A DNA stretch of 64,000 nt from Negaprion brevirostris (lineage: Eukaryota). The stretch lies in assembly GCA_030324005.1 (NCBI GenBank), contig JARDVH010000163.1, forward strand, positions 77,415,348 through 77,479,347, given 5' to 3'. The position numbers and the translations under genes are program-made. Below the pieces are notes generated by a model. The model ran no database searches. It was given only the letters and a program-made list of their open reading frames with translations, and was not told the origin of the DNA. This document shows, one piece after another, positions 12,331 to 25,667 of the stretch; the first letter of the stretch is position 1; every line of letters begins with the position of its first letter.

Positions 12331-15300
12331 AATTATGAAGGCAGACCTCCCTTCACTTGTGTCCCTGGGTATTTGAGATGTTCTCCATAATGAACCTATC
12401 ATTATAATCTTGAAAGCATCTATTCAGTAACTTCAACATATTTTCCTTTTTCAAAACAAAATTCAGCTTCCTTGTTCTTTCTTCGTAGCTTAAATTTCTA
12501 ATAACTGGGAACATCTTTGTTGCGTGACTGTTTACTTTCTCAAGAGGCAATAATGCCCTTTCACTGAGCCAATTTTCCAGTGAGTAAGCTGGCTGGCTCC
12601 AACCAGTAAGACTCACACAGGAATTGGGAAAGGGAGCATCTGTTGATGTCATTCAGTTCTCACTAGAATGCTTTAGCGAGTTTGCAATTTAGCTTCATGC
12701 CCAAGGAATTCTCTCTCTCTCACTCTATGTAAAAGTTTTGTATTACATACTAGACAATTACTGGCCCTTGAGACAAGTAAGCAGGCAACTGTCAAAGCTC
12801 ATTCCAATTATCAGACCTTCAAGATATGATGAAAGATTGAGGATCTTAAATTGGCTTTCTATGGAAAAGAGCAAACTTTGGGGCAATCAAATTAAAAAGT
12901 TAACAATTGGCCAGAATCTTCTTATTCAGTGAGTTCTGTATTTGAATAAGTTAACAATGAGAACCATTCAGGTGAGCAGTTTAAACTATATTAGGAGGCA
13001 GCACTTACTGTTCCTATAATGACACCAGAAACAATAAAATTGTGCATAATTTAAATAGGTAAAAATTAGAATTGAAATTATGAGATAACTTCCGCTGACT
13101 AGCGGTCTCTGTCTGATTGCAATGTTCAACAGACTGACCTTCACTGTAATTGCACCACTCCTGTCTTGCCCAACTTTCCACACTCAGGCTGAGAGGGGCA
13201 GGGGGTGTGCAGTACACCCTCGGCAGCATCAGTGCAGAGTAACTGTGACACTGAGATGTGAGTCACTACCCTTTTCACAGCGGTACCCTGTACAAGCGAG
13301 GGGCAGGGCAAGTAGGGAGGGTGTCCAGACTGGAGAGAGGGGTCAGAGCTGGATGCGGGTGGGACTGGGAGAGGTCAGAGCCAGAGGGGGTGGGGGGGTG
13401 CTGGACCAGGATGGGTCAGAGCCAGGGTCGGGGGGGGTTCAGACCGGAAGGGGCCGAAGTCAGAGTTAGCAATTTAAATCGCCTCTGTCTGATGGTTCCC
13501 AATTGTCCAGACGAAGTTAGCACTTCTGGGCAATTGTCGTACAAACTCTTACACGCGAACTTCCTGGAGAGATTCGACAACACATCTTTGGGGAACTGCA
13601 AATACGATGCTGGGAAACCTGGAAGCTATGGGCCATTATAGATAATACACCAAGATCTCAATGTATAGCCTCAGATGTATGTAAGTGCCTCTATCTGTAG
13701 TGGGGAACTGGGCTTCACCACACTGAAAGTCATATCCAGCATTGGCTGTGTTTCTGTCCGATAAATATAACTGCTGCATGGTGGGAGCGGAGAATCACAG
13801 GTGTTTAAGATTGAAAACACTTTCAATTCTTGAGGCATTTTAAGGTGCACCCTTTGAGAATTTATAGTTGACCTGAGGGCCAATTCTCTTTCATCCTAGT
13901 TTTCATCAATGTATGGGGTTTCATTAGGATCATGCATGCTGTACCTAATCATCGTTTACATGAAGCTGTTTCTAACTAAAGTTATCCAAGTATTTTCAAA
14001 ATAGTCCCATGAAAGGAAACTTCAAAAGGTTAAAATTCCTTTGGTTTTCCACCAATTTAAAGCAGAGAGCTGACCCATCCATTCCAATAAGGTGACTATA
14101 TTATAGTATAACCACAACATTTGAAGTGATTGGAGTTTCTTGTGAGTACTACAGTGGCTACATTTTGGGCAAGATTTTACATACTCACTCATCCCAAAAC
14201 CATAAAATCTCGCTGGAGGTCAATGGACCTTCCCCATTGTCTGTACCTCGCCTGCTCCGATTCCTGTGGCAGGCAGGCTGATAAAATTCCAGCCTATATG
14301 TCTTTTCATAATGATTGGGAGATATTTTACATTGTTGCTGGGCCATATAATTTCTTATAGCAAGTCCAAAATCTATTACCGAACCCTAATTTCCTTTGCG
14401 AAGATGGTGCTGAACTGCTTCAATCAGTGTGATGTAGGTTCAGCAACAACGCTGTTACAAAGGGGATTCCAGGATTTTGGGACTGTATCTTTAATTTGGG
14501 GTAAAATGGCAGAGTGAAGGAGATTGTTTGACCTGCTCTGAACTCTGCTGACAGCAAGTCTGGCTGACTTGGATGTTAAAGGGGAAAAGCATTCATGTCT
14601 GTAAACAATGACTGGAATATTGGAACTGATAATGGATAGACTGTTAAGGTGAGATTTTCCAGCCCTTTCTGCCAACTGAAGGTGACACTCCCATGGTGAG
14701 TTCCCTGACAGCATGGTTGGCGAGCAAAACAAATGGCTGTTGACTTCACAGTGGCTAATGAGGAGCTGCATTCACTGCTGGAAAACTTGCCCATGGGTGG
14801 GTCAGAAAAATCCCAGCAGAGTCTCCAATATCCCAGGAATGTCAGGTTTTGTAAATAGTTACACTTTGAGCCATTTATTTAATTCCAAGTTAGAATCGAG
14901 TTATGGGTCTAAAAGAGAACTAGTTTGCATTTCTACCTGGATGTGAGGCCTATGTGATTCATAGTGTCATGGAAATGGGTTTTGAGAAGATGAGAGTCTA
15001 TAGGAAGGCATTATAGGATTGGCTTACAGAATGTTTTCCAAAAGATGTATTGAATCTACCAGATAGGGCAGTTTTCAGAATCTGAGAGACAGGGGAGCTC
15101 AGTGATAGAAGCAACAAGTCTCTCCGGTTCACCATGCAAAATTGTAGTTGTGAACTCTCACTCAGCTTGAAGAGACTGCATTCATGAGGATTTAAACAAG
15201 ATTGAGAAATATTCACCTAGCCTTGGCTTGAGGAAAACATCTTTAATTCGTTCCCTACAATGAGACTCAGTTCTGGTATTACGAAGTACCCAGCTAAAAA

Positions 15301-16780
15301 AGGAAAACACATGAACGTATGAACAAGGAGTAGGCATAGGCCATTCAACTCATCCGGCCTGTTCCGCCATTTAATAACAGCTGATCTGACAGTAACCTCA
15401 AATCTGCTTCCTACCTATCCCTGACAACTAATCACCCTCTTGCTTGAAAAGGAAGCAAGTCCTCAGGAACTAAGAATTGGTGCCAGGAAAAGAGAGTTTT
15501 GCCTTGAGGGACAGAGTAAAGTATAACCGTGGCAGATTATTCTTTCATGTTTTAAAAGTTAAATGGAGTAAACTTTTCTCTAGCTTGGTGTATAATCTGC
15601 CTGCTGAAATTGTGCTTAGTCAATATTGATTTTAGTTTGTTTGTTATAGTAAATGTCTTAAACTTGAAATCTTGTTGGCTAATTCTTTCAGTCATTCACT
15701 GGAAGTTCAAGTTTCTTTTGAAAAGTTATTGGCCTCTATGGGAATTGTAACACTCGGGCTCTCCTGAGGAACTCCAGCAGTCACTGTTATGTTAAATAGA
15801 TCATTTACTCAATTAAAATAAGTGTTGCAAAACTTCAGGTTTATCAATTAACACGTCTGAGCTGTTTTGCATTGTTTGATAGCTGGTTTTCTTAATCTCT
15901 TTGTCTATCCAGATTCATTTTTGGAACTCCAGTTATGGAGTTCCTGCTGACGTTAAATTGGAGGACAGGTTGTTTTGAAATGTTGGGAGTTTTTAATTTT
16001 AACTAATAACAACTTTCAAAGTGCTAGAGTCCTCCCTCTCTCAACATACCTAAAAAGAACATTCCAGCTGGTTGCTATAACAACTGCAAATTCAGTAAAT
16101 GTATTTAATGGTAATTTAATCCAGACTCTCAGTTTTAACAATGCTGATGATCAGAGAAATTGCCAACTGTACATTCAACTGTTATAGGTCTCAGCTGGAA
16201 GCTTACTTCACTATAAGGGCTGCAGCTAAGTGAAATATGCTGAATTATTTTCTTGTACAGTTTAACTGGCACTTTCTGTAAACCTGCTTCATAGTTTACA
16301 GCTAAAATTAGATAGTCTGATGGAGTGTTTACTCATATGTTAGCCAAGACCAAAGCCATATGAGGATTAGTGTCAATTTACTGAGATTTTATAGTAACAA
16401 AGATCATTGTTGATGTTGTATTATCAGGAATTCTACAGCTAAAGGCATGCTCTGGTTTGAAGTAAGGAAGGGTTTATTGAGATGAGTGATATTTGGCACT
16501 GAGCTGGAGAGAAATATTCGAGCAAAGCTTAAGCATTTATCAGCCAATTTTTAAGCACAATCTGTTATTACAGCATTTGCCAAATGGATTTCAGGCTTAA
16601 AATCGGCTTCAGCCCAGTTGAAGGGCTGTTGACACAGGATCACATCGGGAGGAGGTGGGGGGGTGGTGTGGGAGGTGACANNNNNNNNNNNNNNNNNNNN
16701 NNNNNNNNNNNNNNNNNNNNNNNNNNNNNNNNNNNNNNNNNNNNNNNNNNNNNNNNNNNNNNNNNNNNNNNNNNNNNNNN

Positions 16781-17590
16781 AAGGATTTCATAACTCAGCA
16801 TTTGGAAGGCAGACAAAGTCAGCATGGATTTACAAAAGGAAAATCATGCTTGCCGAATCTATTTGAATTCTTTGAAGATGTAACTAGTAAAGTTGACCAA
16901 GGAGAACCAGTGGAGTTGGTTTATTTAGACTTTGAGAAGACTTTCGATAAGGTCTCACATAACAGACTATGAAAAGTTAAAACGCATGGGATTGCAGATA
17001 ATGCTGAGATGGACAGAAAGCTGGTTAGCTGATAGGAAGCAAAGAGTTGGCATAAAAGGGTCTTTTTCTGATTGGCAGTCAACAACTAGTGGGGTTCTGC
17101 AGGGATCTGTGCTAGGACCTCAACTGTTCACATTATATATTAATGCTTTGGAAGAGGGGACTGACTACTATCTCCAAATTTGTAGAAGATACAAAAATTG
17201 GATGGGAAGTTGAGCTATGAGGAGGATGCAGTATAATGTGGATAAATGTGAAGTTATTCACTTTGATAGCAATGATATGAAAACAGATTATTACTTGAAT
17301 GGGTGTAGATTGAGGGGGGGAGGATACTCAGATCTTGACGTCCTCGTGCATCATTCACTAAAAGTAAACGCGCAGGTGCAGCAGGCAGTAAAGGTTGCAA
17401 ATGGTATGGCCTTTGTAGCGAGAGGATTTGAGTATGGGGTAGGGATATTTTGCTGTAATTGTATAGGGCATTGGTGAGGCCACACTAGAGTACGGTGTGC
17501 AGTTTTGGTGTCCTTATCTGAGAAAGGATGTCCTTGCTAATAAAGGGAGTACAGCGAAGGTTTACCAGGCTAATTCCTGGGATGGCAGAA
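16781..17590 (+). mobile_element. CR1 LINE fragment
   Basis: WLADRKQRVGIKGSFSDWQSTTSGVLQGSVLGPQLFTLYIN; YNVDKCEVIHF. Confidence 0.88.
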
Positions 17591-17664
17591 ATAAAATTAA
17601 TGAAAAAAAACACCCACAGATTACTGAGCAAAGGCTAGACATTAAACGGTTGTTTTATACAGAA

Positions 17665-17985
17665 ATATAGAATCTCCACAGTGCAGAGAGAGGCGATTCG
17701 GCCAATCGAATCTGCACCCACTCTTTAAAAATGCATTTTATCCCAGCACCCACCACNNNNNNNNNNTCGCTGAAATCCCAAGTATTTATCATCTAACCTG
17801 TACATCTTTGGACTGTGGTAGGTTCAATCTACCTAACCTATACATCTTTGGACTGTAGTAGGAAACTGAAGCACTCTGAAGAAACCAATGTATACACAGA
17901 ATGCAAACTCCACACTGACAGGAAGCCAGGGCTGGAATCGAAACTGGGTCCCTACTGCTAACCTCTATGCCACCGTGCTGCCCCA
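17665..17985 (-). mobile_element. HE1-type SINE with internal tandem duplication
   Basis: Reverse complement of the family; ctaacct.tacatctttggactgt.gtagg occurs twice. Confidence 0.8.
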
Positions 17986-19331
17986 AATATAGTACAGAAA
18001 CAGAATCTCAACACAGATATCCTCCCACTTGACTTGGTCTCACTCTATCAGCAAATCCTTTTATTCCCTTACTTTGAAGACGTATCAGGTCACTCCTCAG
18101 CGATCCCTTTTCTAAAGAGGGTCGCCTCATCCAGTCTTTCCTGTTTTAGTTGAATAAACATTGACCAAGAAACCTACAGGCATTTGAACGGCCCTGTGGG
18201 ATCTTTTACATCCGGTGATGGCAGATGGATAGACAAAGCCTCAGTTTAACACCTCATCTGGAAGATGATACTTCAAAATCCAGCACTCCCTCAATACTGC
18301 ACTCCATCGCAAAGCTCTGGAGCGGGACTTGTAACTGAACCTAAGGCCTTCCAATTCAGGAGTGCGCACTATAACTGACAGCTTGACCAATCATAAAATC
18401 TGCACTCATGTCTGTTCGCTTTGAAATAACAAATTCTTTTCAACATGTAGATCAAAGTTTGTTTCTTTTAAACTCTAGTTTTCCTTCTGAACAGTTCCCA
18501 GATTAAATTTCAGTCAAGTGTCCTTTTAAACAATTTCTAATCTGCATATAACAAAAATTTAGGTGAGTCGGTATTTACTTTGGTAAGTGTAAAATCAAGT
18601 GTGACACAGGTGCCAAAACCCTTTCCTTAGGAGCGTATGTCAAATCACAACACCACATGCTGCAAGATTTCATAGACAATAATAATGTGGGACTAGACTG
18701 AATGTATCACATGCTCCCAACCTTGAACTCTGATGCTCAGAGGGAGGGAGAGAAGAGGAAAAGAACAATGTCGGTGGAGCAGAAGGGATGCAATGTCAGT
18801 GTACAGGGGACAACTGAAAGCCCTCATTTCTTTTGAATACAAACACTGTTTTTCAGTACAGTACTACATTGCTCCAGGCAAACAAGATGTACTGACATGA
18901 TAAAACTGTCTGCACAATACTCCACTATAGTTATCTGCTTGGATCATTTATAAACACTTTCAAACGAATCCTCACACTCACTCAAGTGATGTTACCCCCT
19001 GGAGATCTTCTCCAAGCAAAAATGTCTCTCAGAAACAAGTTCCTATTTAAGAATACAAACTTGACTAGGAGTCATCCAGGCCCTCAAAGTTAGCTTTATT
19101 TTCTCTCCACAGATGCTGTCAGATCTGCTGAGATTTTCCAGCATCTGCAGTACTGTTCTTTTATCTACTCCTCTATCTGCTGGATCTTCACTTGGTTCTC
19201 AACTGCAGAATGCCAGTAAGTGACAGCCTCAAATCCAACAGGTAGTCAGGTTCTGTGATACCACCAAAACAGCTAAAAAATATCTGCTTCTGAGAAGTGA
19301 GCTGAATCTGTTCACTTGCTCGCTTAGTTCC

Positions 19332-21126
19332 TGGAGGAACCTGGCAGAAATCCCTTGTCTATGGTTAGGATTGGAGAGAGAAGGTAAGTAATGTTGGGTT
19401 AGATAACTTACTAAGATGTTAAAGACCAGTAGATTGCAATTTGAAGGNNNNNNNNNNNNNNNNNNNNNNNNNNNNNNAAAACCAGCTAACCGTTATTCAG
19501 CTCCTAGACAGGTCTGTCCAAAACCTGTTTTGCCACAGTACATAGATTTATATTTATTCTGGATGCACTGACCTGGTACTAACAAACACTTTGTATAACC
19601 CTGTAGGTTGTTATCAGCAGAAGGGGACACATCAGCAGATAGGGGAACTATGCCTTACTTCTTCCCCTCCTTTTGTGGCAATTTCCCCCCTTCCCCCCAA
19701 GGCTCCTTATGGGTAAGCAGTTCTTCTTTGACACCTAATTAACATGCATATTCTCTAAATGTGCGCTCAACTAGTGAGAGGCGGGGAAAGGCAGCCATAG
19801 TAGATGGATCTGAACAAATCCTAGCTAACATACGTTCACTCTCACATGTAGCTGGCAAATGAACTACCACCAATTTTGTTCTAGATAAACTAGAACTGTA
19901 ACTAACTCCCATCTGACCTGGTTGAGATCAGTTAAGTTGAATGAAAACTGGGAGGATCTTATTCAACACAGCTCAACTGTAACCAAATGCTTGGATTTCT
20001 TTGTGTCTGTGACAAGGGTGACTTCCTGTATTTCAATAGCACAAAAATGGGAATACTTGAGCTGACTCAACACTGCTGTAGATTTGGTTACTGTAGCTGT
20101 ACTGTTGATTGTGCCGCCCTGAGGCATATCAACTCAAAGTCAGAAATAGGAAAGGTTACTAAGAAATCTCAAACTTCAGGAGTGGGTACCATTTCTCACT
20201 TTCTGCAAGGTTTATCTGGGTCAATTTTGTCAACTCCTTTACATTTCTGTACCCCTCTCCTGAACACCCAACTCTTTGATCAATCCTTTTAATATCCCTG
20301 TCCATAATCCATCATGCACTGCGTGACTACGCCTCTGAAGTGCCTCAAGATATTATTTTTTGTGAAATGCAAGTTACTATCCCAATCTTGTAATGTCCTG
20401 TTAGGGTCTCCCTAACCTTCCTGGCCACGGACATTTGTGACCTCCCAACAGAAGTGATTGAAAGTCTGAGGAACTTTTCTTGTTATGCTTAGAGTTAAAC
20501 CATTAAAGCTTGATTGCTTTTGCGCAATAAGTACCAGCAGTAATTAATAAATCAGGTTGTCATATTTCTTTTATGTATAAAGTGTAGTCACTCTCTCCCA
20601 CACCCCCACCCACTCGCACATGCACTCATCCCATGTGCACGCTTGCACATCCCCTCTCACGCACACATGCCCCAAGTACTCCTTTTGTGCACGCGCGCAC
20701 ACATCATTAACCCTCTCTCTCATATGTTGGTGATCTGCGTTCGCTCTGCACCCTATCCACGGCCCATCTCCCCCTTTACTATTCACTGACTCCTGCTACA
20801 CTAGCTGCTTCCCCCACTCCACTAGCCACATTCCTCGCTGCCAGCCCCAGGCTGCGGAACGCAGCTTTGCAAACCATGTCTTATTAGATTACCCAAGGAA
20901 ACATTTCAAAGAAAACAAGGTGCACTCTGTTCTCACTCCACTTTCTCAAACACTTGCTAAAACCAGTAACCATTATTCAAAACTGTGGAGCTCCATTCCA
21001 CTTTAATCCAGCCTTCAAACTGCAATCTACTGGTCTTTAACGTCTTAGTAAGTTATCTAACCCAATATTCCTTATCCTCTCTCTCCAATCCTAACCATAG
21101 GCATAGGATTTCTGCCAGGTTCTTCC
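19332..21126. repeat. Inverted repeat (arms 19332-19447 and 21012-21126)
   Basis: ttgggttagataacttactaagatgttaaagaccagtagattgca versus tgcaatctactggtctttaacgtcttagtaagttatctaacccaa. Confidence 0.88.
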
Positions 21127-21435
21127 AAAAATGAAAGTACTAGACATCTTAAGCTTCAAAAAAGCTGAAACTGTGAAGCAGTAGCTCTGCTGCCCTGACA
21201 TAAGGGCAGCTAGATTGTTGCATATATTTTAAACAGTTGCGTGCTTTAAAGTCCAATTATCAAGATGCATGTATTTTCAAAACCAACAAGAGTAAATTAA
21301 TTCAGTCCCATTGACACTGCTGAGCTATTTCACGGGAACTCAGAAGTAACAATAAACTAGAGGACAACATCTTTTAAGAGCACATTTTGCTGTAGTCCTT
21401 CAACCGGAAATGTGAAATCATGGGTCAAAGTCTAC

Positions 21436-21605
21436 CTGCCATAATAAGTCCTCCAGTCACAAGCGATGGATATGAGCTGTAACAAAAGTTGTACACAAGA
21501 GAGTTTGTGAAAGACTTCAGCTGGCTCCCAGTATAATCTTGTTGGGCCATATTCAATCAGAAACTCCATCATTTCCATAACCTGCTCATGGGTGTAGGAA
21601 CAAGC
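21436..21605 (-). CDS. DCAF1: DCAF1 coding exon 11
   Basis: ACSYTHEQVMEMMEFLIEYGPTRLYWEPAEVFHKLSCVQLLLQLISIACDWRTYYG+AG|GTAGAC; 170 nt. Confidence 0.95.
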
Positions 21606-23511
21606 CTAGAAGAGATTCAAAAAAAATGTGATTAGTTCCAATTGATACAACAGTAGCCATCTTAACATCTGTGGCTGCCAAGCTCATGAATCAGAGAGGA
21701 CACGAGAGCCACATTCAAGGGCAATAAATGAGGGTTGAGCAATAAATGCTGGCCTAGCCATCAACGCCCACACTCCATAAATGAATAAAAAAGGTGCAAA
21801 AACAGGCCAATTCTTAGACTGATCAACATTAGATCAATAAAAAGTTTCCTTGAAAAAAAACAGTCTTTGATCTGAGGCACAATTTCTAAATGGAAAATTA
21901 TATTCCTCACGTTATTATGCCTCTGGAAAGAAAAATATCCACAGCCGTGATTTGCTCTGGATGCAAACTGAAATGGGTTACTCAAACATGACCAGCTTTC
22001 TGTATGGGAAGATACAAAGTTACAATGGGACATTGTCCATGGATAATGTCACAAACCAACATGAATCAAAGCTTCTTAAACTAACATACACCCTCCATCT
22101 AAGTTAATATGTTTAGAAAGACGCCTACCCAACATTACACACACATCTAAGCTTCCCTCAGGGTCTCCCTAGCTGAGTAGAAAGATAAACATTTTTTAAA
22201 ATTAAAAATAAGCTATCCTTTTCACCCTTAAAGAAGCAGAACTCAACTTCACACAACATCAAAGCAACATGGCAAAGCATTTTGCACAAAAATTCTCACT
22301 TTGATACAGTGACAGGATACAATGACAGTTTTAGCCTGCTCACTGTTGAAAGGGACCTGGTATCTAAGAGAGAAGTCACTTAATAAAGCTTGGTTTAAAA
22401 TCTACATCCATCCTGAAGTTGCAGGGGCTACTTGAGAACATGTGGGTACGAGACACGAGCACACGTGGCTCTCAGTAAACTGGTTCATACAGACATCAAC
22501 ATGGTCTTCAATTTGTATAAAGGATAAACTTGAATAGCACCCAAAATAGTTGTTGTTGAAAAGGAGCGCAGCAGGAGACAATTTGATAACAACTCGATTT
22601 TTATCAATTCATTGATTCTATTTCCACCCTTCTCTCACCTGGTCCATTTCCAACATTTTCCTTTCTTGACTTCTTGGGTTTCTGGTGATAGACTGTCTGT
22701 CAATATTTGTTATGAGTCCATCAACTCAAGACAGCTATCTTAGAGCATAGAGTTGCACAGCACAGAAAAGGCCCGTCAGCCCATCAAGTCTCCACCAACA
22801 AGAACTACCATTAAAGTTGCGCGAATCTTATTTTCCAGCACGGTCCCATATCCTTGAATGTTGTGATTTTTCAAGTGCTATTCCAAATATTTTAATAGGT
22901 TGTAAGGCCTCCACCATCCCAGGCAGTGGATTCCAGAATCTCAGCACCCTCGGGGAGTGAAAATATTTTGTCTCAAATCCCCTCCTGCCCCTCATCGTAA
23001 AACTATGCCTCCTTGTGATTTACCCCTCAACCAAGAGGAACAGCTGCTTCCTAACACCCCATCCATATCCCATAATCTTATATACCTCAATCAGCCTTCT
23101 GGTCTAGCCTACACATGACTCAGGTTGACTCAACGTCTCGAGGACAATTAGGAATAGACAACAAATGCTGGCCTTGCTAACAACAAGCACATCTCATAGA
23201 TGATTAATAAGAAAAGCTATTTCAAAACCATTAACCAATCTCTTGTTATTTCATATCTCCAGAATGCAGTCTTTTTTCAAAACTTGATACTGAGTCGTAA
23301 GTTCTTGCCATTGAATATATTTTGCATTTGAAAGAAAATGGAGGACCTGTTCACCTGAATACTGTCCTAAAACTCGACTTTAGGGCCTATCCTCTCTCTT
23401 TTTGCTACAACTGTTTTGTAATTTTACAATATATTATTTGGTGTCAAAATCCCCCACCTACGCTGAAAAGACTTACAGCTCTCCACACAGGTTTCACATA
23501 TCTGTACGCAC

Positions 23512-23715
23512 CTTACATGGTGGATGAATAATAGCGCCTCCTTCTGTCCGTTGCAAGGATCTTTTCACATGCTCCAGTTTAATCCCCAAATGTGACTCGA
23601 AGTACCTACGTAATGCCATGCACGTGTGCTTGGCAGTTTGGCGACTGGCAAAGATCTCATCATCACTGAGCAGAGCACCCTGATCTTCCAGGTTTAAGAT
23701 TTCCAGTGTGCTGAT
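23512..23715 (-). CDS. DCAF1: DCAF1 coding exon 10
   Basis: ISTLEILNLEDQGALLSDDEIFASRQTAKHTCMALRRYFESHLG...RTEGGAIIHPPCK; tag|...|GTGCGT; 204 nt. Confidence 0.93.
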
Positions 23716-24500
23716 CTACAGAAGACATACAAACAAAACTAAATTCAGGTCACATGATCAAGTTAGGGCTTCTGAGCACAGATGGAACAAAGGAACAGAA
23801 GTCTATAGTCTCTCGAGCCTGTTCAGCTACTTACTNNNNNNNNNNNNNNNNNNNNNNNNNNNNNNNNNNNNNNCCTTAATTTTTTTGTTACATGTGAGTA
23901 TTAGAGTGAGATTTATCAGTCTTTTATTCTAGCCTTTTGGGAGAAAGTGTTCTAGACTGCTGCTCCCCTTTGTGTGAAACAACAGTGTACAATTTCCCTT
24001 CTAAATAAGTTTTAGGATCAAGTTCTCTTGACCACCCTGGCAAAGGAAATAATTCGTCTGTGTTTACCTGAACAAATTATTTCAACATTATAAACACCTG
24101 AATCAACTCACCAGAAGATAAATAGTTAACTGACAGAAAGAACAATATGGATATGGCTACAGCTACAAGTTTAAGGGACTACAGTTTATTCAAAACTCAT
24201 TTTTACAAACTCACTTTACATTTATTTAAGACTTTGTTTCTATTCAAAAGTTCATCTTTCCTGCTGGCTAGCGAGACCCTAATGTTTCTTCTCTGCCAGC
24301 CTTTCTATTACATTTCTCTGCAATCTGGGACAGCAATTTATTACCTTGGCTCAGTTGCCCCATTGATGTGGATATTTGTGTGCAATTTTCTTCAGCATAT
24401 TTCTCTCAGCTCCAGACATAATGAGGAAATGTCACCACACCAACCCAGAGCCAGTTTACGGCATAAACAAAATAATGGCAAACAAAAAAGTCAACCATAC

Positions 24501-24680
24501 CAGGTTAACGACTCGCCGTAGACCATCTTGCTTATCGAAAAGCTCCAGGATGGAACGGAAGGCGAACGAGATGGAGAAAAACATGGTGGCGTGACAGCGG
24601 CCCGACTCATGGGAACACTCCAACAGCCACAGGGTGTAGCTGACAACATCAGACAGTACATACTGCGGTAACAAGCAAAC
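24501..24680 (-). CDS. DCAF1: DCAF1 coding exon 9
   Basis: [60 protein letters not shown]; cag|...|GTATGG; 180 nt. Confidence 0.95.
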
Positions 24681-25508
24681 CTGGAGGCAAAAGAACAAAG
24701 ATTATCAGGCTGCACAGGCAACAAATACCTGCAATAAATGAGCAAAGGAAAGAAAGGCCTGGCATTTACATACCACTTTTCATAAGCTCAGGACATTCCA
24801 NNNNNNNNNNNNNNNNNNNNNNNNNNNNNNNNNNNNNNNNNNNNNNNNNNNNNNNNNNNNNNNNNNNNNNNNNNNNNNNNNNNNNNNNNNNNNNNNNNNN
24901 GACATTCCAAAGCACTTTGCAGCCAATATACTTGGAACGGGATTTGTGTCAACAATCTTGCAATTCAGAGGCTTGAATGTTACCAACTGAGCCACAACTA
25001 GACAGTTTGAATTTATATGACATCTTTGACAGAGAACATCACAAGGCACTTCACGGAAGTGTTATCAGTCAACATCTGAGGTAGAGCCGGGGACACTGGG
25101 GCAGCAAAAAGCTTTGTCAAAGAGGTCGGTTTTTGGGAGCTCTTAAAGGATGAGAGTGGGGTGGAAATGCAGAGAAACTTATTCATAGACTTAGGAGCTG
25201 AATACTGAAGGCAGAGCTGCCAACAGTGATCAAAGGAAATTAGGGATACTAATTTATAAAGAATAATACCAACAGAAATAATCTTAAAAACTGAATTCTC
25301 AGGCCCTAGAAACAAAACATACCATCAAAGCAGCTGTTAGATCACTGCAGCTCAGTCAGAATCCATTCCAAAAGAGAAGAAACAGCATCAAATAATTCTT
25401 AAATCCTCTACATCATATTACAGCATTGTGCATGAAGCTCATCTCTCAACAATACAGGACACCAAACCAAGTAGTTTGGAATCCTTCCCAGCTCTATGCT
25501 AGACTCAC

Positions 25509-25667
25509 CCGTTCCATTGCATCCTGGTTGTAAGCCAAATAGTACAAACACAGGGATACACCAGTGGCAGCCATGGAGGGCCGAGGGATCTCCAGCAACT
25601 TCTGAACTCCTTCGTGAGCCACAAACTCTGCAGCAAATTTTTTGTGCAACAACAGAGAGGCCAAGTA
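25509..25667 (-). CDS. DCAF1: DCAF1 coding exon 8
   Basis: [53 protein letters not shown]; cag|...|GTGAGT; 159 nt. Confidence 0.95.

Noticed and set aside
15922-15943. Small perfect hairpin ggaactcca-gtta-tggagttcc
   Set aside because: A 9-bp stem is unremarkable in 64 kb and has no supporting context.
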